Origin: a virus
Taxonomy: Duplodnaviria; Caudoviricetes
Reading direction: 5' to 3' (one strand)
DNA: 64,000 bases
Virus record (IMG/VR): IMGVR_UViG_3300036855_000054
Location: 1 to 64,000 of that record
Shown: positions 17,388-25,443 of the stretch, one piece after another
Position numbering within the stretch: position 1 is the stretch's first letter
Layout: each line of letters starts with the position of its first letter
The notes under the pieces: model-generated
The model's input: the letters and a program-made list of their open reading frames with translations, nothing else
Told to the model about the DNA's origin: nothing
Database searches by the model: none
Position numbers and translations under genes: made by a program

Positions 17388-17971
17388 CAGTGCGTCCAGT
17401 CGGCGAGGATCTTGGCCTGCGCCTGCGGGAGGGTCATCTGCCCGGAGCACACCGCGGCCTTCGCGGCGTTCTCGGCCTCGTCCTTCTCCCCGGCCGGGTG
17501 TGCACCGGAGCGCGGCTCGGGCCACAGGTTGCGCGGGTCGGTCGGGTTGCCTCCGGCCTCGAGCGGAAGCAGATGGTCCTCTTCGTATCCGGCGAGGGAC
17601 CCGGACTCCCCGTAGGCCACCATCTGCTGCCGCTTGAGTTGGGTCGTGTAGCTCGCTGGCGGCCGGATGGTGGCGGTCCACCCGCGTACGCAGATGGTCT
17701 GGTGGATGGTGGCCTGCGTGACGTTCGGGTTGGTGACGCCCGGCGTGCAGTTCTTGTCGGCCCGCCCGTTTAGCGCAATACAGGTGTGTGGGCCGACTGC
17801 GGTGACGGTGCCGCTGTCCTGCGCGGCACTGGCCGCGTCATCCGGGTCCGTGGCTGCCGCCACGGGTGCCGGGCTGGCCAGCGGTGCGGCCGGGGAGCCG
17901 CAGCCGCTGAGCCCGGCGCACAAAAAAGCCGCCGTCGCCACGGCGGCTGCGGCTCCCCGGCCTGCTCTCAC
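17387..17971 (-). CDS. Lipoprotein with an HNH-like domain
   Basis: Lipobox LSGC; EEDHLLPLEAGG.P.DPRNLWPEP...KD..EN. Confidence 0.72.
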   Translation of the reverse strand: MRAGRGAAAAVATAAFLCAGLSGCGSPAAPLASPAPVAAATDPDDAASAAQDSGTVTAVGPHTCIALNGRADKNCTPGVTNPNVTQATIHQTICVRGWTATIRPPASYTTQLKRQQMVAYGESGSLAGYEEDHLLPLEAGGNPTDPRNLWPEPRSGAHPAGEKDEAENAAKAAVCSGQMTLPQAQAKILADWTH

Positions 17972-18270
17972 TGGGCGGTGGGGGTGCCAGCGGTGATGAC
18001 GATGGCCGTGGCCGCTCCACCGGTGACCTGGATGGCCTCGACACCGCTCACGTTGGGGTCGTTGGCGTCCGCGCCGGTCAGGTTCGCGGTGCCCACGGTG
18101 CCGCTGGGCACGAACTCGACGGACATGGTGTCGGCTGCGACGTTCAGAGTGCCGAAGGTCGGGTCGTCCAGCGCCCAGTTGATCGCGTCGGCGGTGGTGG
18201 GGTTGCCCTTCGCGTCGGTCTCGCTGACGCTGAAGGTGACCTTCTGGGTGTCGGTCAGGACGGTTGCCAC
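17968..18270 (-). CDS. Ig-like domain protein (ORF stays open upstream to 18552)
   Basis: DAKGNP...INW...VTGGAATAIVI; AAGGAG RBS before GTG 18270. Confidence 0.6.
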   Translation of the reverse strand: MATVLTDTQKVTFSVSETDAKGNPTTADAINWALDDPTFGTLNVAADTMSVEFVPSGTVGTANLTGADANDPNVSGVEAIQVTGGAATAIVITAGTPTAQ

Positions 18271-18548
18271 GTGATGCTCCTTTGTGTGGTGGTGTGCGAT
18301 GTCGCCCGTGTCCTGGTCGACCACGGGGCCTGGGGTGATGTGGAGCGCTACCGGCCCGGTGAGCCAGCGGTAGACCACGGAGGCGGAGTGCCGCCACGCC
18401 GTGTCGATGTCCTGGTCGGCCGGGGTCTGTCCGCGCCACAGCTGGCCGGCGACGCTGGCCGCGAGGTGGCGTTCCGCTGTGGTGTCGCGGTGGTGGTTGC
18501 GGATCTCGCGGTGATCGCCCGCGTGCCCGTCGTGGTCCTCGCGGCGGG

Positions 18549-19553
18549 TCACAGCCCCTTCGCCGCCTTCCACGCCTTCAGCGCGGCCACCACGTGCGCG
18601 TCCATGCCGTGGTGGCGGTAGGTCAGCCATGTCTGGGTGGCGTCCGCCAGCTGCTGATCAGCCGGGTCCACCACTGGTACAGGCGCCGGAGCAGGTCCAG
18701 GAGTCGGTCCAGGAGGGACGGGGGTGGGGCCGGGCTGGGGGTTGGGCCCGACGGGAAAGTCGCGGCCCGTCAGAGCCTTAAAGTCGGCCGCGAGTGCGGC
18801 CTGATCCACCCCCTCGACGAACGCCGTGGAGCCGAGGTGCTCCGGCCAGATGACAACCCAGGCCTCTTGGACCTGGCCGCTCTGCCAGAACTCGTCGGTC
18901 ACTCCCATGACCTCGCCCCAGGTGATCACGTTGACGTCCGACTGGTGCGGGGTGGGCACCGCGAGGGCGTACAGCCCGCCGAGGATGGCGTGGCCACCCC
19001 AGTCGGCCGCTGAGGGGTCGTAGTCCCACGGTCCACCCTGGTCGGTCTGGGCCTGCTGCGCGACGTGCAGGTCCACGCCGAGGTGGACGCTGCCGAAGAT
19101 GGCGACGGCGGCCTTGATCTCGTCCAGGTTGGTGACATCCACCTGGGCGTAGGCGAGGCAGCGGGTGCCCGCGATGCCGTTGGTCTCGACCTCTTTGAGC
19201 ATGTCGGCGAGCACCACGCCGTTGTCGTCGGCGGGGTAGTTGGGGTTCCCGGACCGCCTGTAGAGGTCGATGACAGCGTTGTCGTCGGGCGCGAGGGTCT
19301 GCCCGGCGAGGTACCGGCTGATCAGGATGCGGTCGTGGAAAACCATCGCAGGTCCGCAGTCCCCGGCGACGTCGTTCTTGAGCATTCCCCAGTCGCCGAC
19401 CTGCGAGAAGTGGTCAACGGTGGCCGGATGGTCGGGGATGACCCCGGTGAGCAGCGGGCCGAGTCGCAGCGCGGGTCGGTTGGGGTCGTGGGGTCGGCGG
19501 CCGAGGCGACGGCCGGGGACGATCTGGTGCTCGACGTGCTTGTCTGCGGTCAT
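18549..19553 (-). CDS. Papain-like cysteine peptidase
   Basis: NDVAGDC (Cys), WGGHAI (His), ITWG; Pro-rich linker. Confidence 0.72.
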   Translation of the reverse strand: MTADKHVEHQIVPGRRLGRRPHDPNRPALRLGPLLTGVIPDHPATVDHFSQVGDWGMLKNDVAGDCGPAMVFHDRILISRYLAGQTLAPDDNAVIDLYRRSGNPNYPADDNGVVLADMLKEVETNGIAGTRCLAYAQVDVTNLDEIKAAVAIFGSVHLGVDLHVAQQAQTDQGGPWDYDPSAADWGGHAILGGLYALAVPTPHQSDVNVITWGEVMGVTDEFWQSGQVQEAWVVIWPEHLGSTAFVEGVDQAALAADFKALTGRDFPVGPNPQPGPTPVPPGPTPGPAPAPVPVVDPADQQLADATQTWLTYRHHGMDAHVVAALKAWKAAKGL

Positions 19554-19697
19554 CGCACTCCTCAGCGGTTGTTGGTGCGGACAGAGGTAGGTGCCCGTGC
19601 CGTCCGGGACCGGCGCACCGGATATCCGGAGATCCCTGGCGCGTCATCTGGGCGCGCAAGACGGCACGGGCAGATCAGGGAGGCCACCCGCAGGTGG

Positions 19698-19727
19698 TTG
19701 ACTTCCGGGCGACAATGTCTGTATGTT
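19698..19727 (+). promoter_or_regulatory. Promoter of a leaderless transcript
   Basis: TTGACT-N18-TATGTT, with ATG 6 nt downstream. Confidence 0.7.
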
Positions 19728-19733
19728 GTACTT

Positions 19734-20627
19734 ATGAGCGCAGATCAGACCAAGACTCCGGTCCTCACCAAGACACTCCGCAACGGCTCAACGTGCGCTA
19801 TCAGCCTCGTCCCGGATCCCCCCTGGCCAGGGCAGGAAACGACCACCCTGAGCTGGTGGCTCCTGTTCGAAGGACAGGACGGGAAGGTCCTCGGGCAGAT
19901 GAAGGCCCGCCCGTACGAGATGGCCGAGCCGGCGTCTGGTCTCAGCCACGCCATCCCGGTCAAGCACGGCACCGTCATCGGTCTCACCAAGGCCGAAGCG
20001 GACCAGATCACCGCCGCGATCGACCGGTGGGTAGACGACCGCAAGGCCGCGAACGATGAGGCCCGCGAGCAGCACGTGGCCCGTGTCCGCGCCGCCGCCC
20101 CCGGGGCGGCCACCTGGGAGATCCAGGACCCGTACGGGGTGCCCGGTGTAGGCGTGACTGCCCGCATCGGCCGCCAGATGGTCACCTCGCTGCGGACCTG
20201 GAGCCGGTACTACCGGGAGGACGGCATGACGTTCGGCGCTGCCGACGATAGGGGGTACGTGTACTTCGCCGAGGTCCGCAGGGCAACCGAAGAAGAGGCT
20301 GCTCCACTGCTGGCCCGCGAGGCTGCGCAGCAGCACCGCGAGACTGTGGTCGCCCAAGTAGAGACGGAGATCGCCGTTCCCGCCACGCGGCCGGATGCGG
20401 ACGAGGAGATCCCGGACCTGAACCTGCTGAAGGGCGTCAAGCTTGGCTCGCTGGTAGAGATCCGCAAGGGAGCAGAGTGCCTGTGGGTGCTGCGCTACAA
20501 CGGCGCCGACGGTGACAACTGGGCGTACAACAACTACGGGGGCTACATCGCGACCCGGGTACCGCTCACCCCTCAGCGCAGCGAACTGTTCGCCGAGGCG
20601 CGTCGCGTGCTGGAGGCATCCCGGTGA
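19734..20627 (+). CDS. Hypothetical protein (moron)
   Basis: Good codon bias; EDGMTFG and YNGADGDNWAYNN motifs. Confidence 0.7.
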   Translation: MSADQTKTPVLTKTLRNGSTCAISLVPDPPWPGQETTTLSWWLLFEGQDGKVLGQMKARPYEMAEPASGLSHAIPVKHGTVIGLTKAEADQITAAIDRWVDDRKAANDEAREQHVARVRAAAPGAATWEIQDPYGVPGVGVTARIGRQMVTSLRTWSRYYREDGMTFGAADDRGYVYFAEVRRATEEEAAPLLAREAAQQHRETVVAQVETEIAVPATRPDADEEIPDLNLLKGVKLGSLVEIRKGAECLWVLRYNGADGDNWAYNNYGGYIATRVPLTPQRSELFAEARRVLEASR

Positions 20628-21154
20628 CCGAGGAACTCATCACGGCTGCGGCTGCGGCTGCCGAGCGCGGTATCAGCGAGTCCCGCATGCGGGACCTGAT
20701 CTCCGCCGCCGCGATCGCCGCAGTCGCCCGGCAGCCTGGGCGCGCCGGCCGGAATCTGTATCCCGCAGAGGAGCTCAGGGCCATCCCCGGCCCCGCGCAG
20801 GGGCAACGCAATGATCTGACCGCCCAGCGGATCGGGGAGATGGTCGCTGCCGCGCGGGTCATCGCCGAGGGCGCCGATAGGTACGACGAGTGGTCCAAGC
20901 TCGACGCGCGGATCATCGACGGGAATCCCGGGGCGGTGCGGGCGCTCGTACCCGCGACACGCCGCTGGGCCCGACGGAACCGCGCGCAGGCCGCGGCGCT
21001 GGCCCGGTTCGAGATGCTCAACTCGCAGATCGGTGACCTGGGCGCAGCCATCCTCCCGATGCGCATGCGGGAACAGATCATCATCGCCGAGGCGAAATCC
21101 ACCCAAGCCAGCACCGCCAAGACAGGCACCGAGACCGAAGGGGACCAAGCATGA
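20624..21154 (+). CDS. HTH DNA-binding protein
   Basis: ITAAAAAAERGISESRMR...PGPAQGQRNDL. Confidence 0.6.
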   Translation: MTEELITAAAAAAERGISESRMRDLISAAAIAAVARQPGRAGRNLYPAEELRAIPGPAQGQRNDLTAQRIGEMVAAARVIAEGADRYDEWSKLDARIIDGNPGAVRALVPATRRWARRNRAQAAALARFEMLNSQIGDLGAAILPMRMREQIIIAEAKSTQASTAKTGTETEGDQA

Positions 21155-21405
21155 TCACGAAAACGAGCACCGCGTACTGGTCGGTGGGACCAGACATGAG
21201 GGCCCGTCGAACGACCATCTGTCCCGCAACGGGGCATCCGTCAACGTGGCGTTGCACTGTCGCCTCCGCAATTGGCGGGCTGCTGCTCATCGTGTTCGAG
21301 TTGACGTACTGGTGGAAGTCGGACGTTGGTACTCGGTGGGTTGATCGCCAAGGCGAACGACTGATCACTTGGAAGCGGACCGCTGCCCAGGCGGTGCATC
21401 GATGA
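21151..21405 (+). CDS. Hypothetical protein
   Basis: ATGA coupling at both ends. Confidence 0.4.
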   Translation: MITKTSTAYWSVGPDMRARRTTICPATGHPSTWRCTVASAIGGLLLIVFELTYWWKSDVGTRWVDRQGERLITWKRTAAQAVHR

Positions 21406-21704
21406 GCGCACCTGAGCGGGGACTCGACTCAGAGACAGTGGCATGGCTTTACGCCCAGGGCCTCTGCTCGGTCAGGACGCCCACGGAGGCCGCCGTCGAG
21501 GTGGCCGTCATCGGCCACCCCCCATCTCGGCCCAAGGTGCGCGCTGGAGCAGTCGTCCAGTTGGCATGGAAGCTGGACCAGTTGTGGGGCTGGGCGAAGT
21601 CCGGTGAAACCAGGAGCGATCGGGACGGCGGCCAGTACTACCTCATGGACAAGGCGAACGTGGACGCTGGTTCCAGGAGCAGTCGCCCGTGGAGTCGCTG
21701 GTGA
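21402..21704 (+). CDS. Hypothetical protein
   Basis: Coupled ORF. Confidence 0.45.
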   Translation: MSAPERGLDSETVAWLYAQGLCSVRTPTEAAVEVAVIGHPPSRPKVRAGAVVQLAWKLDQLWGWAKSGETRSDRDGGQYYLMDKANVDAGSRSSRPWSRW

Positions 21705-22006
21705 CCGTCCAGTGTCACTACGGCGGACTCGTCGACTGCAAGCCGGTCGGCAACGTGCACCTGGTCCGGGGCAAGGCCCACGGGACACCGGGTCCGCTGT
21801 TGTGTGGCATTAACCACCACGCCGAGGACAGCACCGGATTCAGCGTCGGCGGCGGAGTGACCGGGCCGAATGTGAAGCACATCCCGTGTGAGGACTGCGC
21901 CGCCGTGGCCCGTGAGCAGTACCTGGGGTTGCCGATCTACGGCTTGGCGGGTGCCCGCGAGGCACTGATCAAGCTCGTGGAGTCCGCTGTAGCTCCGGTC
22001 GCCTGA
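21701..22006 (+). CDS. Cys/His hypothetical protein
   Basis: VHLV...GPLLCG...CEDC. Confidence 0.55.
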   Translation: MTVQCHYGGLVDCKPVGNVHLVRGKAHGTPGPLLCGINHHAEDSTGFSVGGGVTGPNVKHIPCEDCAAVAREQYLGLPIYGLAGAREALIKLVESAVAPVA

Positions 22007-22399
22007 TCGCCAGTACAGACCGGCCACCCAAGCCCAAGGAGGGCGACATGAGCACCGCATGCCGACGAGAGAGTGTCACTCCTGATGACGCCGCCCTGTC
22101 AGTGATCGCTCCGGGCGTAGGCAAGCTCATCGTGGACTGCGAGGTCCACGGCGAGATCGGCAGCGTCCCTGCGGGCGGGAAACCGGTCGAGGATCCGATG
22201 ACCTACGACGACCCGGTGCTCGTGCAATGAGCAGGAGGGCGAGGTGCTGGAGTTCCTTCGCTCAGAACGGGTGCTGGGCCATCTGCGGAAGTGGTGGGAG
22301 CCGTTGCTTGATCAGAACGCGGATGCCCCGTGACACTCCCACCTCTCCCGGAGATCATCACCTGGCTGGAGTCCACCCCGGGGCGCCAGCTTCGGGCGA

Positions 22400-23542
22400 T
22401 TAGCCGTGTCCGACGCAGTCCAGGTGCGCGGCGAAGGTGTACCCGGGCGGCGCGTTCTCCACGCCGACCTCGATAGCCACAGCCCCCTGGCTCAACTCGA
22501 ACGCCCCCGACTTCCCGGCGGCAGCGGGGAACGGGTTGATGGCCTTCGCGGTGCCGTCGGCGTGGCGCTCCACGAGCCACCACACGTTGGCGGTGGCGTT
22601 GGTGTTGCGGGGGCAGGAGGCGGACCACTGGCACCAGGCGCGCGACCCGGCGGGCATGACGATGGACTTGCCGACAGCGTCGATGGTGAGCAGCCCCGAC
22701 AGGTCGATGTTGCCGGTGGCGTCGGCAGGGTTGTGCAGGTGGATCTCGCGCATCTTGCGCCCCTTGCTGGTGGCGATGAGCGGGGCCGGCTGGGCCTGTC
22801 CGAGGAGCTGGGCGAACTGGGCGCTGGTGCCGAGGTAGGCGTCGACGTCCACCGGCTGGTATCCGGCGACGATGCCGGTGTCCGCGAACTGCAGGACCGC
22901 CACGCCGAGTCCGCCGTAGCCGTTCCATCTGCGCGGGGTGACGTTGGCGTACAGCTGCGCGGGCGTGCCGGCCGAACTGCCCGGATAGGACGACGCCCAC
23001 AGCGGGGGAAGCCCGGCGAGGCTGGGGGAGCCCATCGCCTGCCAGAACCACTGCGGGAGATACAGCAGCGGCACGGTCGCGCCGTGCGCCGCGCAGCGCT
23101 GCAGGAAGTACCGGATCCCCGCCGTGGTCAGCGACGGGGAGGTGGCCCCGGCGAGATGCTCGGCTGGCATGAGACCGCCGTGCAGGTGGGGAGTTCTCCC
23201 CATGCCGCCGCTGTCGGTCAGGGTTCCCGCGGGGTGGCCCATGGCTCCGGTGGTGAGGGCTTCGGCGTCGAGCATGCCGGGGATTCCGCCGGTGGTGCGC
23301 AGCACCTCGGCGAAGATCCACGCCTGCTGGTCTTCGTTGCCGGGCCGCAGGTAGTGGTAGCCCAGAACCGGGAGTCCGGCGCGTGTGGCGCGGGCGATCC
23401 AGTCCGCCGAGCCTTGCGCCAGGTAGCTGCTGTCGATGCCCTCGGAGACCTTGACGGCCAGGAAATCGACCTCGCGGGCCACCTGCTCGATGTTGAGGCC
23501 CCGCTGGAAGACGGGGTGGCAGTCCGCTCCGTACAGGGGCAT
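22400..23542 (-). CDS. GH25 muramidase endolysin
   Basis: GAD, KVSEG, GYHYL, LDAE, LWASSY, LQF, VDVD; GGAGG RBS. Confidence 0.85.
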   Translation of the reverse strand: MPLYGADCHPVFQRGLNIEQVAREVDFLAVKVSEGIDSSYLAQGSADWIARATRAGLPVLGYHYLRPGNEDQQAWIFAEVLRTTGGIPGMLDAEALTTGAMGHPAGTLTDSGGMGRTPHLHGGLMPAEHLAGATSPSLTTAGIRYFLQRCAAHGATVPLLYLPQWFWQAMGSPSLAGLPPLWASSYPGSSAGTPAQLYANVTPRRWNGYGGLGVAVLQFADTGIVAGYQPVDVDAYLGTSAQFAQLLGQAQPAPLIATSKGRKMREIHLHNPADATGNIDLSGLLTIDAVGKSIVMPAGSRAWCQWSASCPRNTNATANVWWLVERHADGTAKAINPFPAAAGKSGAFELSQGAVAIEVGVENAPPGYTFAAHLDCVGHG

Positions 23543-23587
23543 GGACACCTCCACCCGTCCGCAGGCACGCTCCGGGCAGATTAAAAG

Positions 23588-23640
23588 TCATACAAACTGC
23601 TGCTCTAGCTATTGAACTCATACAAATAGCAGGCTAGACT
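23588..23640 (+). promoter_or_regulatory. Leaderless promoter with a duplicated TCATACAAA operator
   Basis: TTGAAC(23612)-N17-TAGACT(23635); TCATACAAA at 23588 and 23618. Confidence 0.7.
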
Positions 23641-23646
23641 ACTGGT

Positions 23647-23823
23647 ATGACGAAGACAGAGACCACCGCCACCGAAACCCACACGACCACCACCGAGAAC
23701 GCGAGCCTGGGATGCAAGCGAGTCGCCTGCTCCTGCGGATGGACCTCCGCACCGACCAACCAGCCGCAGCACCTCAACCGGGCCGCTCGCTCACATAGAA
23801 CCGCAGTATCCAAGAAGCGATGA
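23647..23823 (+). CDS. 58-aa Zn-binding microprotein (not in the ORF track)
   Basis: MTKTETTATETH...ACSCGWTS...H. Confidence 0.6.
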   Translation: MTKTETTATETHTTTTENASLGCKRVACSCGWTSAPTNQPQHLNRAARSHRTAVSKKR

Positions 23824-23981
23824 CTGCCCGGATCTGCGAACGGGAGGGCTGCACCAACGCCCTCCCGCCCGGCTCGGCCACGCAACGGAAGTTCTGCACA
23901 GAGCGATGCCAGGTCGCCGAGTGGCGACGGCGCAAGGTTGCCGAGGCTGCCACTACGCAGGCACCCACCGACCATCAGTGA
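23820..23981 (+). CDS. 53-aa CGNR/FCS-like zinc finger (not in the ORF track)
   Basis: CEREGCTN...RKFCTERCQVAEWRRRK; ATGA coupling. Confidence 0.7.
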   Translation: MTARICEREGCTNALPPGSATQRKFCTERCQVAEWRRRKVAEAATTQAPTDHQ

Positions 23982-24273
23982 TCCACCCGTGATTCCCGCA
24001 CCGAGGGCACCGCAGCGACGGCGACAGGGTCAGCGGGTCCAAGGTCGGCACCGTCCACACCGCACGCCCAGGGAACGCCTCAGCGATGCCGGGCAGGTCG
24101 AACAGGATGCTGGCGCTGCACGCCGCCCCGTCCGGGCGGTGGTGGGTTTCGATCAGGCCCACCGGGTCGTACCCCTGCCAGGAGACGAACCGGGCTGTCA
24201 CCCCGCGGCCGAGGTCGAGACCGGGTGGTTCCTGCCCGTCCCCGTTGCCCTGATAGTGGTGGCGTCCGGTCAC
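23953..24273 (-). CDS. DUF6527-like protein
   Basis: PLTLSPSLRC..CGNHGWITDGRW. Confidence 0.65.
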   Translation of the reverse strand: MTGRHHYQGNGDGQEPPGLDLGRGVTARFVSWQGYDPVGLIETHHRPDGAACSASILFDLPGIAEAFPGRAVWTVPTLDPLTLSPSLRCPRCGNHGWITDGRWVPA

Positions 24274-24288
24274 CTGCTGGGCCTCCCG

Positions 24289-24690
24289 TCATGCCCCACG
24301 GCGCAGCGCGGTGAGTTCGGCGGTGAGTTCGGCGACCTGGGAGCGCAGGTCCAGGACTTCGGCCTGGGCGCTGGCCAACTGCTTCCCCAGTTGTTCGGCC
24401 CGTTCCGCCATCTCCTCGGCTTGGGCTTTGCCTTCCGCTCGGGCGGCGGCCAGTTCGGCGTGCAGGAACGCCACCGACTCTCGGCTCGGTGCCAGCATCT
24501 CCAGCGCCACATCGTTGTAGATCTTGATGCGTTCGGCGTCGGTTTTCCGTCGGCTGGCGAATCCGCTGATGAGCGCGGCCACCCCGGCCAAGCCGCCGAG
24601 GACCGCCGTGATGAGCGCGGGCAGGCTCAGCCACCACGACTGTCCCGGCGGCGCGACCTGTGCTAACGCGTACAGCAGCAGCGTGGTCAC
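24289..24690 (-). CDS. TM plus coiled-coil lysis-region protein
   Basis: N-terminal TM followed by heptad repeats. Confidence 0.7.
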   Translation of the reverse strand: MTTLLLYALAQVAPPGQSWWLSLPALITAVLGGLAGVAALISGFASRRKTDAERIKIYNDVALEMLAPSRESVAFLHAELAAARAEGKAQAEEMAERAEQLGKQLASAQAEVLDLRSQVAELTAELTALRRGA

Positions 24691-25220
24691 AGTGCGGCCT
24701 GAGGGTTGTCCTTAAGAACCCTCAGCGCGGCCTCCAGGCGGGGTAGCCGATGGCCGATCTGTACGGCCCGGGCGAAGTTGGCCAACGCGAACGCCGTGAT
24801 GTAGGAGGCGCCCAGCGCGGTGGTGATCTGAGGTATCGCGGTGACCGCGAACGTGCCGATCACGTAGGCGGTGCACAGGCCGACGAGCATCCACATGGCG
24901 GCCCGTTCCAGGACCAGCCCGGTGCGCCATCGCTGGAGGCGTTTCAGCAGCACCTCGGGCCGGCGTCTGTTGAGGGTCGCGGAGGCCATGCTGATCCCGG
25001 TGAGCCCGAGGCAGGACCCGGCGGTGAGCCCGACGTACCAGCCGAGCTGCGCCCAGGCGGGCAGGGTTTGGGCGATGGCCCGGGACGAGTGCCCGCTGAC
25101 GAGTCCGGCGACACCGAACAGTGCGCTGAGCAGGAGCAGGTACGCCTCGTGCCAGTTGCGGCCGATCCGCATCATGTCGACCGGGGCGACGGGTGCGGCC
25201 ACCTTGTTCAGAGCGTCCAT
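24687..25220 (-). CDS. 4-TM membrane protein (lysis region)
   Basis: Four hydrophobic helices. Confidence 0.7.
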   Translation of the reverse strand: MDALNKVAAPVAPVDMMRIGRNWHEAYLLLLSALFGVAGLVSGHSSRAIAQTLPAWAQLGWYVGLTAGSCLGLTGISMASATLNRRRPEVLLKRLQRWRTGLVLERAAMWMLVGLCTAYVIGTFAVTAIPQITTALGASYITAFALANFARAVQIGHRLPRLEAALRVLKDNPQAAL

Positions 25221-25443
25221 CCGAGCAGCAGCCCCACCGGGATGAGCGCCAGCAGCAGGCAGATCAGCGCGCCCCGGCGGATGTCGCTCGCAGCGATCCG
25301 GTAGGTCCGCTGGTCACCCCAGTGGTCCCGCATCTCGTGTTCCCAGTCGAGGAGGTCGTCGCGGTGCACAGGCACCTCTTCTGGTCGGTGGGGTGGAAGC
25401 CCGACGGCGCCCGCTGTCGGGGTAGTGGACGCCGCCGGGGGTT

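Noticed and set aside
22082-22130. CTGATGA hammerhead-like core
   Set aside because: No matching GAAA or flanking stems
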